Positions 34,049 to 46,400 are shown, numbered from the whole stretch's first letter. The stretch: DNA of 63,882 bases, filler included, from Octopus bimaculoides (GCF_001194135.2; 6 parts of 5 records of this genome joined end to end with filler, not necessarily neighbours in it); one strand, 5' to 3'. Notes: generated by a model not told the origin, from the letters alone. Translations and numbers: made by a program.

Positions 34049-34521
34049 TTATTTCCATGGAGTTGAAAGCCCTTTAAGGTTAGTCCTTTCTGTGATTACC
34101 TACTTTTCCGATTAGGTTACTGTTACTCTTCCGAAAATGCCCTACTTTGAAACTGACTATTTTTGATTTTTATTGTTTAGTCTGCGACTTGCCCCATGTA
34201 ATACATCAATTTAACACGTAGGTTCATATAGATTGCCTTCCGAGATAAAATTGATTTGCAAAGAACATGCCTTATGTTATTTTATTGCACATTGTGTAAT
34301 TTCACCCCCGAGTTTCAACTCTTTTTGTGTCAGTTTTTGAGAGAGGAGAGACTTCCCTAAGCATTTTTGCGCCTTTATTGAGTAGCAGTTTCTGTCTGCC
34401 TGTCCATCAAGTGATTAAAACTTCCATTTATATTTTTATTCGAAACTAATGTTACTTATCTCATAGTTCTTACCACTACGCCACTGAAAATTGAAATAAA
34501 AGACATAAAGCCACAATCGTC

Positions 34522-35235
34522 GGATCTATTTTAAAACGGGGGCCACAGTTTTCATTAATGTTTTACGTAGTGTTTTTGGTACCGAAAGACTTTCAAACTT
34601 CGCATACTTATCTATTTTTTGTGTTATAGAACAGAAAAATATTTTTGTATTCGAATTTATTTCATGTAAAAAATTGTCTTATTTCGATAATTTCAACTAA
34701 TCACTGACAAGTATTCAGTTGTTTATATTTACTCCTTTGGCTGATTAAGCGGTGTAAAGCGTATTTAATCTCCATAACTTCTGACATTTTTTTTACTTCG
34801 TTTTATTTGCTTTTTTCATTTTCTTTTTTTTTTCTTCGTTCTATTTGCTTTTTTCTTTTTAAATTTGCTGTTTTACCCTAACCCTAAGGTTAGGGTTAGG
34901 GTTAGGGTTAGCCTATAATAGAAAGGTTTATTAGCTACTGCCAATATGCTTCAGCCATTTTTTGACAAGGAAATAATAATTTTATCACCGATAGAATTGT
35001 TTCAGAATCGTTTGTTTATGTAGTCGGCACTTAATTTATATCGGCTGAATGGACGTCAGTGATTGGTTGAAATTATAGAAATACGACAACTTTAACATGG
35101 AATAACTTAGGGATTTCTTTTTTTTTTAAGAAGACTAAGAGAAAAAGATGTTTTATATGACACATTCTACCAGTGTTCCAAGTTTCAAAGTGTTTCGTTA
35201 ACAAAATACTGTGGCCCCCGTTTTAAAATAGATCC
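34522..35235. mobile_element. Non-autonomous TIR DNA transposon (714 bp, perfect 28-bp TIRs, 8-bp TSD CAATCGTC) nested in the Helitron
   Basis: GGATCTATTTTAAAACGGGGGCCACAGT at 34522-34549 and its reverse complement at 35208-35235; TSD at 34514-34521 and 35236-35243. Confidence 0.92.
34876..34911. repeat. Interstitial telomeric repeats, (CCCTAA)2 abutting (GGTTAG)4
   Basis: Seen directly at the centre of the TIR element. Confidence 0.9.
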
Positions 35236-35866
35236 CAATCGTCAAATGCAGAAGCCAAAGAACTGTTTATTGCTTAAATATTACTTGCAATATTCACTTT
35301 GGAGATAAAACAGCGTTCAGTCTGACGTATAGGTATCAATATGAGGTATGTACTATGGAAGTGTACATTGTGCTTATCCTAATGTGAAAGTGTTTGAGAG
35401 CAAAAAGTTTAAGGTTAATTATGATGTCCAATTCCACTGGAAGTTGTATATATTGTGGGCTGAACACCTTTCCTTCATTTTATTGGCCTCATGACAATTT
35501 TGGAAAGGTTCACTGTGTTAAGATACACTATCAATCAATTTTCCTTAATTAGAAGAAGCAGTCAACAGTTTTAACGTCTCAGGAATCTTTAATGCCCAAA
35601 CCAAAAGTAACAACTCCATACAATCACCAAGCATCTCCACAACTTAACACCGCCCAAGTTAACCCTCTTCACCTATACAAACCGTCCAATGGACGGGGTG
35701 GGCATTTGCTAGTTATATATAAAAGGATACAATTATATCAATGGTATCAACGATATTGAACAATGGAAGCTTGATCGCTGTTGACTTCAGAGTGAGGGAA
35801 ATGGGAATTGTGAGATTTTCCCAAGACATTAGCAACATAGAATAGCTTTTAAATCTCATGGCCGAT

Positions 35867-35916
<50 letters not shown>

Positions 35917-35964
35917 NNNNNNNNNNNNNNNNNNNNNNNNNNNNNNNNNNNNNNNNNNNNNNNN

Positions 35965-36005
<41 letters not shown>

Positions 36006-36837
36006 GACCAAAGTTAAAATTGAAAACAAACCATGACATTTAAGCCTAGAGATATTTTAAGCAATTCAATTTTACTTGGCCAAACGATTTCTTCTGATGA
36101 GTCACAATGTTCTTTTATAGAAAGGGGAAATGATATAATCATTAATATAATATACCTTATGTTTTGCTGGTGTTTAATTTTATCAGCATTAAGTGCTGGA
36201 GACGAAATGCTAAACATTTTCGCATCAGTTTTTTAATCTCACTCTAGTCATTTTGCTCTACTTACTCTTCATACTTAAAATATCCAGCTATAGGGAATAG
36301 TATAAAGAAAGGGGAGAGAGGGAAAAAGAAAGAATTGAATTCAACAGAGTCGAGTTTTCCTTGATATTCCACATCAGTTGTTCTCAAGCACTTTTGTACA
36401 GCACACAAATATATTGTGAGATGTAGATCGACATCTTGAACATATAGAGTTTATATTTAAAAATATGTAAAAGAAAAAATACAAGTTGAGATTGAATGGA
36501 TGTCAATGTGTGATCTTATAGGACTTTAAACAGATAATTGCTGCCTACAGTAAATAAGTACTGTGGCCATAATATATTGTAGTAAGTAATGGTGGTATTG
36601 TTGAATAATAAACATTTGATGGTTTTCAAGGGCAATTTCAATTTATACCATGTGAACACATAACAAAACTATTTGTGATTGACTGGTTTCATATCAGGCT
36701 GGAGTTTTATTTCTCTTTCATCTACTTAACCAGCAAACACTGGATGCTATGACCAGCCATATGAATAATTTTTGAAATTCAATAGTGGTGCTCCAGCATG
36801 GCTGCAGTCAAATGACTTAAACAAGTAAAAGAATATA

Positions 36838-37367
36838 ATAAAGCAGTTGCATACTGTCAACTCAATGTGACAGTCCCAATAAGGGAATCATACTGCTGCT
36901 ATTTAGACCTAGGAAGCTGGACCGCTCCCTGTCGGCCTTGACAATTTCCTGTGTCCTTATATTTGCGAGGGGGAGACAAGCAGCCCCACCCAGCTCAGTG
37001 TGCATTCAGGGACATGTTTCTGAGTCATTGCTCATCATCAGCCTGAAGTAGCAACACTAGCTGGTTGAAAATGCATACCAAACCCTCGCAAATATATACA
37101 TTTTTAATGAAAACACATTCACTGATTACGAAAATTAGAAATGATCTAATTATAAATCTCATAGAGAGAATTAAGCAGCAGTGTTACGATAAGAACACAG
37201 GAAATGTGACAAGGCCGACAGGAAGTGGTCCAGCTTCCTAGGGCTAAATAGTAGCAGTATGATTCCCTTATTGGGACTGTCACATTGAGTTGACAGTATA
37301 CAGCTGCTTTATCGTAACACTGCTGCTTAATTCTCTGTGTGAGATTTATAATTAGAACATTTCTAAT
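36838..37367. mobile_element. Non-coding nested inverted-repeat element carrying a hammerhead ribozyme (PLE pseudo-LTR / retrozyme-like)
   Basis: IR arms A 36838-36960 / A' 37189-37312, B 37134-37192 / B' 37309-37367 and C 36958-36971 / C' 37083-37096; the hammerhead lies between C and C'. Confidence 0.75.
37005..37047 (-). ncRNA. Type I minimal hammerhead ribozyme
   Basis: Minus strand UUCAGG-CUGAUGA-UGAG-CAAUGA-CUCA-GAAA-C-AU-GUC^-CCUGAA: 6-bp stem I, intact core, 4-bp stem II, palindromic ACAUGU stem III, GUC cleavage triplet. Confidence 0.8.
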
Positions 37368-37704
37368 ATAATAAACATTTTTTGTATTTTCACAAAATTT
37401 CTCTGAATCAAAAGACCATAATTTGATGGAAGCCCTCTCATGGAATTATTTTGAATTTAGAAGATGAGTGGGGTCATTGATGTTTAATCCTGAGTCAATC
37501 TTAATGGAACAAACCTTAGATCTAAGGCATTCCATCTGTGCCCATCCTGTTTTTTTTTAATATATATATATCTAGGCCTTCCTTGTTAAAAGTGTCATTC
37601 TATTTCCAAGTCAGTAGGAGAAGATTTGAAGATTTGGCTGTTATTTCAGGCAGTTTGACTAAATATGTAGAGATTCTCTCATTGGCTTGAAAACAATGGG
37701 CTAT

Positions 37705-37797
37705 ATATATATTCCCGAGCGTCATTCTAATACATCCTTTTGTTGTTTACACCATCTGTCCTCGTCTGTTGTTGTTTTTTTTCGTACATTCTCCCAT
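37705..37797 (-). repeat. Terminal fragment of the (TA)n-abutting repeat family also at 16991-17060 and 46204-46400
   Basis: Shared acacc.ctgtcctcgtctgttgtt...ttctcccATATA end. Confidence 0.8.
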
Positions 37798-38104
37798 ATA
37801 TATATATATATACGTGTGTGTGTGTGTGTGTGTATTTAAACACACACACACATGCGCGTGTGTATGTATGTATGAATGTGTGTGAGGTTGCTCTCAAGTG
37901 TTACTGATACAATGTAACTCTCTAAAGCCTGTTGCATGGCCAGGTCATCAAGAATTAAACTGGCAACCTCACCAAGCTTGCTTGGTGAGGAGGGTGATAT
38001 TTGACAACCTATGGAATGAAAAACAAAACCTGTTAAAAGGCAAAGGAACTTGTAAGAGTCAATGGCCATTCAAATATGTGTATATATGTATATATATATA
38101 TAAA

Positions 38105-38545
38105 AATACAAAATGGGACAAGAACGCAAAACATCCAGACAGTTAGGTGATACAAGAAAGGGACAACAAACATCCAGATACAAAGAAAACAAGGACGGAG
38201 TTTTCTTTCCTCAGCCGAGTTCCAGATTATCTTTGCAATTTTGGCTGGTTATACTCGAGATTGCTCCAATCTGGCCAGCCCCAAGGAAAAACTAAGCTAA
38301 GAGCATTAGATTCCTTGGAAGAAAGCAGTGAATGTATATGAAAACAAGGACGGAAAACAACACGGAGGAGGTTACACAAATACAAATAACAGGACATAAC
38401 AACAGGTGTCTTTCGACTACGGACAAGTTAAATTAAGCTGGCGTGTGTGGAAGTAAAGCCTTACGACAGGGATACAAGATTTCACAGGCACAGGAAAGAA
38501 TATAAATGTTGCACGGACAGCGGCCGAACCAAGAAAGAAAGAATA
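38105..38545. repeat. Unclassified interspersed repeat (PLE-terminus-like), abutting (TA)n
   Basis: Purine-rich non-coding segment with internal direct repeats (aaacatccaga; aaaacaaggacgga); family assignment is inference. Confidence 0.35.
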
Positions 38546-38889
38546 AACACAATTGTATTGTTCGCCCATAAGTAATAGTGCTGTTCAGCTGCTTTTATTA
38601 TCTTATTGGTGACAAAAAGGAACATTTTCACAAAATTTTTTAGTTATCTTGCTTTTTACAATTAGCCCTTCCTAATTTCATGGTGCTGAGATAAGAAATG
38701 CCCTCAGAAATTTTCTACCACGTCAACAGAAATTCATTTTTTACCAAAAAATGTCAATTTCACCATTAAATGATGCAATACTGAAATAAGGATCAAACAC
38801 AGACCAAATAGTACTTTTTATTGTTTACGAACTATGTTACTTAAAATGTTTAATTACACATCTTAGGATAGATTATTCTATCAAACTGG

Positions 38890-39532
38890 AGTTTCAACCA
38901 CTCAAGGAGGGAACTTTCTCTTTGCTGCTTTGTGTGAATAACATGCATCATTACAGCCTCTTTGTAGAGACCAACAGTAGTCAGCATCGTAATTGCGTTT
39001 CACCTGCTTTGACACCTAGTCTTCATAGTCATGATGCCTTAGTGGAATCTTTCTCTATGCTTATCACTTATTGCACTTTGTTTTCAAGGAAGTTGTCCAG
39101 ATGACTGTGTAGGAAATACATTTTTACACTCATGTTGCAGCCCAGTGTTTGAAAACTGGTTAACAGGGTCTGTACAAGTTTTTCATAATTTGATGACTTC
39201 CTGTTTCCCAAGAAATCAGACACAACTGTAGCAATAAGCACCTCATCTGTGACCTATCAACACACCAATCTTAATTCTTTTACAAGACAAAGCTAAGTAT
39301 TTGAAAGAGTCACTGTCTCTGTGTTTCAACATATGGTTTCAACACATGTTTTACACACTTATATGGGGTGCCCAAGCTTTGTCTTGATTACCCAGCTTCA
39401 TGCCAAATTAAAGTAAGCTTTATTCACATGATCTGTGATTTTGTTTTGCTGCCTAGGTAAAGTGTAACATCCACAAATATAGCAGAGGACATCAGGGCGG
39501 TTTTTGCATTTCCTTCTCTCACAACTGGCTAT
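38890..39532 (-). mobile_element. Chapaev3-like (CMC superfamily) transposase remnant, internally deleted
   Basis: N-terminal KCKNRPDVLCYICG...AYF...(DK.WAP)...CKTC fused to FKYL...FLGNRKSSNY...LGCNMSVKMYFLHSHLDNF...(ERFH)...(DYCWSL). Confidence 0.75.
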
Positions 39533-40436
39533 ATTTTCTGAAATATAAAACATATATTCAAGTCAGTTGTCACCTGCGAAAAGCATTTTCAGAATTGTCA
39601 ACATATATAAACTAAGTAAATGCGGATTTGTGATGAGCATACATACCATGAAGTTCTTTCTACAGTTCTTTGACCATGCTTGACAAACGTGACCTTGACC
39701 CATGTGACCTCACAATCTAAACATTAATAGCACATTCAAAATACCAGTTTTCATAAGCAATAGTTAAAGGTTCAACAAAACATGTTGCACCTGGTTTGCA
39801 ATGATAGTTATACTAAATCAAGCACAGCACGGGCATCTTTGGAAACAAATTCCACAAATATGAGACATGTATGATGTCAAGGACCACAGAAATGTGTTGT
39901 TTATTATCATCTAACTGTATAAAGGACATTTCTATCAACATCATGACATTTAAAACTGGTTAATTTGAAAATAGTGAAAGCTGCTGAAGTTTGATGCTTT
40001 TTATTTATTGAAGATACTTAAATAGTTGCATTTACTTTTAAATGATTTTGAAAGACTATGTTTTCAAAGTTTTGTCAAGCTCCATGTATGGGTCTGCATT
40101 TGATGAAGCCAAATCTATCCTTACAAATGGTGACAATACCAAAGATGTTGAAAAACAGACATTTGAATTTAGGTAAAATCTTGATGTGATAGAGCAAAAT
40201 GAATTTTATTTTTGAAATCAGTAGCCCAAAATTTCTAGGAGACATGTCTGCAACACCAGACAGCGGTGGTCACATTCCCCAATGAATTTTTAACCTTTCA
40301 ACATTTTTAACTTAAAAAATTTCTTTTTTAGTAATTATATCTTATTTCATTTTGTGCTTCTTATTTTTTATATATTGTGCTTTGTTATTATTTTATCTTT
40401 TATTTTTAAATTTTATTATCTTTTTATCTTTATATT

Positions 40437-40860
40437 CATTTCAGTCATTAGAATGCTGCCATGCTGGAGCGACACCTTGAAGAGTTTTTAGTTGAACAGA
40501 TTGACTCTAATAGTTTCTTTTTTAAAAGAAAGTATTAGAGTAGCAGAATAAGCCTGGTACTTATTCTATTGGTCTCTTTTGCTTAACCACTAAGTTACAG
40601 GGATGTAAATGAACCAACACCAGTTGTCAAGTGCTTGTTGGGGACAAACACAGACGCAAAGACCCACACACATAAATATATTTAAATATATATGTATACA
40701 TGATGAGCTTCTTTCAATTTTCATCTCCTGAATCCACTCACAAGGCTCTTGTCAGCCTGAGGCTATAGTGGAAGACACTTGCCTATAGTGCTACAGAGTA
40801 GAACAGAACCCAGAACCATGTGGGAAGCAAACTTCTTACCAAACAGCTACACCTGTGCTT
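40437..40860 (-). mobile_element. tRNA-derived SINE (family B), antisense copy
   Basis: Reverse complement of the head seen at 48455 and 60969, plus the 3' part ending tttatattcatttcagtc. Confidence 0.7.
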
Positions 40861-40986
40861 ATATTGTATATCATTATCTTAGAACTATGATATAACATCA
40901 GGTCTCTGATTGCTGAGAGTCTTCTTACCAAGGCCAGATTTTCAGTAATCTCTGATTCATAGGGTAGACTAGACTCAATAGCTTGG

Positions 40987-41210
40987 TTAACCCTGTTACT
41001 GTATTTATTTTAAGATGCTCTGTGTTTCTTTCAATTACTTTAAATATAACAAAGAGTTTAGTAAAATAACTTAGTTATCATTCAGCTAGTGTTAGGAACA
41101 TAAATTGTGACTAAGTTTGGTGAAAGATTTTAATTTAAAACTTATGAAAACTGGACATTTGTGCTCAGAGCCAGAGCAAGTTTCAGCCGGGTTGGTAACA
41201 ATGGGGCTAA
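40987..41210. mobile_element. piggyBac-like TTAA MITE, copy 3
   Basis: TTAA-CCCTG...GGGG-CTAA; body matches 20400-20632. Confidence 0.75.
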
Positions 41211-42051
41211 GGCAACTAGTCTAGGAGATGCTTAACTCTGAAATAAAAGCCTGAAGCCCTCGTAGTTCATCGTCTTGTCATTCCATATGTCACACCAATG
41301 AAATCTATGGTCAAAAAGTTGGGTAGTTCTGTGCAAGTGTTCAAACTATGTCCACTAAAAAATATGCAACAGCACAGGTACTTCAAGGTTAAGCTCTACA
41401 AGGGTCAGGCAGTCACCATGCATGTATGTATGTATGTATATATGTATGTATGCATGCATGCATGCACATATGTATGTATGTGTGTGTGCATGCATGCATG
41501 CATGCACTCACATATGTAAACATAGTATATATTCATGTTAAACATATATATTCATAGTATATATTCATGGTGTTTAAAAAAATTTACTCTAAAAGAATCT
41601 ATTTTACATTTATATATGAGTGTGTATGTATGTGAATAATATATACATATATATATGTATACATACGTATACATATATATATATATATATTTACACAACA
41701 CACACACACATGCAATTATCTATCTTGTATTTTCTGTCCTATTTAGAAACAGTATATATTGTCATTGTTGAGAGAGTAGCATCCACATTCCAAGGAGATT
41801 GGTGACGATCATTAAATAGTATGGCATTTATTTTATAAAACAATTTTTTATGAAGTGTTAAATATACCCTGTACTCATGTCTTGCCACTGGGCATAATAA
41901 GTTACTGTAGTGTGCTATAATTAAATAGCAAAAAATATATTGGCTACAAGGATTTCATATGGCTGTCTCTTGGAATTAATGTAACAGGTTGAAGAAAGAT
42001 GGAAGGCGAGGGAAGAAGAGAATGAGCAGGAGGATAAGGAGATTAAAGATG

Positions 42052-42183
42052 GAAGAAGAAGAAGAAGAAGAAGAAGAAGAAGAAGGAGAAAAAGAAGAAG
42101 AAGAAGGGGGAGGAGGAGGAGGAGGAGAAGAAGAAGAAGAAGAAGAAGAAGAAGAAGAAGAAGAAGAAGAAGAAGAAGAAGAA
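42052..42183. repeat. (GAA)n/(GGA)n microsatellite
   Basis: Seen directly; source of the poly-Glu and poly-Phe ORFs. Confidence 0.95.
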
Positions 42184-42663
42184 GGGGGGTACAAGGAAAG
42201 GAGAAAGTGGAAGAAGTGGAGAAGATACAAGAAGAATTTTCAAGAAGATAAAAGGAGATTTTAACAGTGTATACTTGTTTGGTACAAGAATCTACAGCAG
42301 TGTGTAAATAGAGTGTTTGTTATAAATTTACAGGCTATGAGAAAATGGTCAGCTAAGCTAATAGGCATCTATCTACACAGTATAATACAATTGACTACTG
42401 TTTCGTATGATATTACAAACTAACATACAAGCTTTAGGGAATTGCATGAAAGCTGTAGTGGGGTAAGTTTATATGGTACTTGCCACACTCATAGTGTTAC
42501 AACTAGTGGTCATATTAGAAGAGAGCATAATGTGATACTGTCGCATGCTTCTTATCAAGCAGCAAAACGATGCCATATCTCAAAGCAATGAGAGAGACCC
42601 TATGTGGTTGCTCAAGCTGCTAGAAATAGCAAGTGAATCTCTCACAAATGACACCCAACTAAC

Positions 42664-42890
42664 TTAACTCTTTTGATACTAAGCCACCTGAGACTGCTTC
42701 TGGTTCCATGAGATAAACTTGGAATTTTTAAAGTGATTTAAATTAAAAGCTTCATTTAATATTTCATGTTAATTTATGTTCCAAACATCAGCTTAATATG
42801 ATAAAGTTATTTTACTGATTTCTTCATTGTTGTCAAAATTAATTGATACAAAGACAATGTATTTCAACAGAAATATGGTGACAAAAGATA
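42664..42890. mobile_element. Diverged relative of the TTAA MITE, opposite orientation (a further fragment lies at about 43960-44077)
   Basis: ttaactcttttgatac start; shared aatttatgttcc.aaca..agcttaat...aagttattttact segment. Confidence 0.6.
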
Positions 42891-43356
42891 GGGGTGGGTA
42901 CACCAAATAATGTAACTATGGATGGTCACAGTTGGAATGCCTTCAATCATGCAGATCACATTGTCATAGAGCAACAGATTTATAATGGAAGATGTGGGAT
43001 TCATAAGTCAAGAATAATACTGCTCTAAATGGTAGAAATAGCAACAGAAACAATTTTGTTAAGATGATGCTGATAATGATCTTGGTGGCCATGATGGTAA
43101 TGGTGATGGTTGCAGTGATGGTGGCAAGGAGGGGGAGAATGTGGTTTTGGTTGTAGTGGTGGTAAGAGTAATGATGGTTGTGATGGCATCAATGGTGACG
43201 ATGATGATGACAATGGTGACAACAATGAAGATGAGTATAATGCTTGCATTGGTGGTAGTAAGGGGGAAGTTGTTAATAGGCCACTTCTCTTCATCATTAT
43301 ATCTATATCTTATCTTTTTGTTGTTTCAGTCATTGAAATGTGACCATGCTGGGTCA

Positions 43357-43394
<38 letters not shown>

Positions 43395-43439
43395 ACAAGC
43401 AGGTACACAGACTCACACACACATGCACATGCATGCATG

Positions 43440-43477
<38 letters not shown>

Positions 43478-43526
43478 CATGCACACAAGCAAAGGCACAC
43501 AAAGGCACACAAGCAGGCACACAGAC

Positions 43527-43571
<45 letters not shown>

Positions 43572-43848
43572 NNNNNNNNNNNNNNNNNNNNNNNNNNNNN
43601 NNNNNNNNNNNNNNNNNNNNNNNNNNNNNNNNNNNNNNNNNNNNNNNNNNNNNNNNNNNNNNNNNNNNNNNNNNNNNNNNNNNNNNNNNNNNNNNNNNNN
43701 NNNNNNNNNNNNNNNNNNNNNNNNNNNNNNNNNNNNNNNNNNNNNNNNNNNNNNNNNNNNNNNNNNNNNNNNNNNNNNNNNNNNNNNNNNNNNNNNNNNN
43801 NNNNNNNNNNNNNNNNNNNNNNNNNNNNNNNNNNNNNNNNNNNNNNNN

Positions 43849-43902
<54 letters not shown>

Positions 43903-45176
43903 ACACACACACATGCATACATACATATATATGACAAGCTTCCATGCCATTTCCATCTAATGCAAACATCAGCTTAATAATGAGTAACATATTTTATTAA
44001 ATTCTTCATTTTTTTTTCAAAATTTACAGAAACAAAGGCATTACATTTTAGCAGAAACATAATAGCAAAAGGGTTACTGTAGTGTGAGAACATATAAAAG
44101 AGGGTCGCGAAAATAGTAGACTTTAACATGAAAAGACAAGAATGGTAAAATGAATGTGGTATTGGACACACTACTTCATAATGTCACAAACTGAAATTAA
44201 TCTGTTGCATGCATTTTATTATAACCCTTGGTGTGACAATCCTATGTACCTTAGGTCATATAACTATTGAGAAAAAATACTGAATTGTCAACACAAGTGG
44301 AAATTGATCTCCCATCTGCCTATTGCCATGAGAAGCTAAGGATTAGGCCCTTATGAGTCTGCACTTTCATAAACATTTACATTTCTTTTTCATCATCATC
44401 ATCATCACCACCACCACCACCATCATCGTTGTCATAGTCATCATCATCATCATCATCATCATCATTGTCATCATTGTCATCACTGTCAACACCATTGGTG
44501 TCAAACAATGGGCAACAAACAGCAACTGTTTCCTGTTAGCATTGACCAACTGAAGGAGGTTGCCATAGAGATAACTGGTCATTTTCTGCATCCGCCTGAT
44601 GCTGAAAACCATTTGGAGCAACTGAAGATAACAGCCATTGCAAAACTTGGTCATGGACGTAGTATAATTTTCACACACACACACAAAAGAGGACTGTATG
44701 GAGGTGATGGAGGTCCAGATATTCTTCATGTCACTGAGCAATTCCCAGGTAAAGCCTCTACCCAAAATAATGTTTCTCTGTGTGTCTGCCATGAATGATT
44801 CAAGATACATGAAATCAGAAACTCACTTGAGAAGGCTACATTAAATGATCTTGAGCATAGTCTACAACATAGACTGTGTAAGTCCATTCTTTACAACAGT
44901 AAGGTGTAGTCAGTGCTGTTTTAATGTACAAGCACACTAGACAGTTACCCAAGGGTCCTATGGGTCTAGGAGCACAATTCTAATCTGTTCCAATCAATGG
45001 AACAGCCTGATTGTGAAACTAATGTGTACGTGGCTGAGCTAAACAGGTTATAATCCATTGAGTGAAATTTGGTGGATTATAACCTGTTTAGAAGATATGC
45101 AGAGCTAAAACCCGAAGGTAAGACTTTCTATCCGTTTGTCTGTGGAGGTACTTTCCTATGTAAAGTCTTTGAAAGG

Positions 45177-45226
<50 letters not shown>

Positions 45227-45470
45227 TTGTTTGTATGTATACGCCTGCATGTTTATTGTTTATACTTGAGGGTAATAATAAGTGTTTAAGTCCACATTGG
45301 TTACATACGTCTCACTTTACATATAAAGTCTACGTTGGTTGATGATAAAATGAGATAAAGACGTCAAGCCAGTATTGCATCCTCTTGTATTTTGTACTAA
45401 TATAAAAAGGAACTATGCTAAGAATAAAAGAATATATACAGATACACACATACATACATACATACATACA

Positions 45471-45530
<60 letters not shown>

Positions 45531-46203
45531 NNNNNNNNNNNNNNNNNNNNNNNNNNNNNNNNNNNNNNNNNNNNNNNNNNNNNNNNNNNNNNNNNNNNNN
45601 NNNNNNNNNNNNNNNNNNNNNNNNNNNNNNNNNNNNNNNNNNNNNNNNNNNNNNNNNNNNNNNNNNNNNNNNNNNNNNNNNNNNNNNNNNNNNNNNNNNN
45701 NNNNNNNNNNNNNNNNNNNNNNNNNNNNNNNNNNNNNNNNNNNNNNNNNNNNNNNNNNNNNNNNNNNNNNNNNNNNNNNNNNNNNNNNNNNNNNNNNNNN
45801 NNNNNNNNNNNNNNNNNNNNNNNNNNNNNNNNNNNNNNNNNNNNNNNNNNNNNNNNNNNNNNNNNNNNNNNNNNNNNNNNNNNNNNNNNNNNNNNNNNNN
45901 NNNNNNNNNNNNNNNNNNNNNNNNNNNNNNNNNNNNNNNNNNNNNNNNNNNNNNNNNNNNNNNNNNNNNNNNNNNNNNNNNNNNNNNNNNNNNNNNNNNN
46001 NNNNNNNNNNNNNNNNNNNNNNNNNNNNNNNNNNNNNNNNNNNNNNNNNNNNNNNNNNNNNNNNNNNNNNNNNNNNNNNNNNNNNNNNNNNNNNNNNNNN
46101 NNNNNNNNNNNNNNNNNNNNNNNNNNNNNNNNNNNNNNNNNNNNNNNNNNNNNNNNNNNNNNNNNNNNNNNNNNNNNNNNNNNNNNNNNNNTATATATAT
46201 ATA

Positions 46204-46400
46204 TATGGGAGAATGTACGAAAAAAAACAACAACAGACGAGGACAGGTGGTGTAAACAACAAAAGGATGTATTAATATGACGCTCGGGAATACGGAAAGT
46301 CTTTAACGTTTCGAGCTACGCTCTTCAACAGAAAGAATACGGAGAAAACAAGGAGAAAAACACGGAGAAAAAAAATGAATGGTGTTTGGTCTAGTCTATG
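46204..46400 (+). repeat. (TA)n-abutting repeat containing a hammerhead-like motif
   Basis: Reverse complement of 37705-37797, continuing into the motif at 46300-46336. Confidence 0.75.
46300..46336 (-). ncRNA. Hammerhead-like motif with variant core (CUGUUGA)
   Basis: UCUUU-CUGUUGA-A-GAGC-GUA-GCUC-GAAAC-GUU-AAAGA: 5-bp stem I, 4-bp stem II, palindromic AACGUU. Confidence 0.5.

Larger units (their letters stand above)
33429..35712 (+). mobile_element. Helitron 3' portion (PIF1 helicase C-terminus, 3' region, terminal hairpin and CTAG)
   Basis: Helicase ORF; hairpin CCGTCC-AAT-GGACGG (35682-35696) 12 nt before CTAG (35709-35712), followed by T. Confidence 0.85.

Noticed and set aside
34876-34911. 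Chromosome end or telomere-fusion site
   Set aside because: Only six units, located inside a TIR element with an intact TSD.
44508-44798. 96-aa ORF as a host exon or RTE endonuclease remnant
   Set aside because: No convincing motif in any frame and no clear splice sites; left unassigned.
43141-46280. Long ORFs (165-310 aa) in the ORF track around 43-46 kb, 58.8-59.8 kb and 61.1-61.9 kb
   Set aside because: Made of N runs and CA/TA/ATAC/ATT microsatellites; not real coding sequence.
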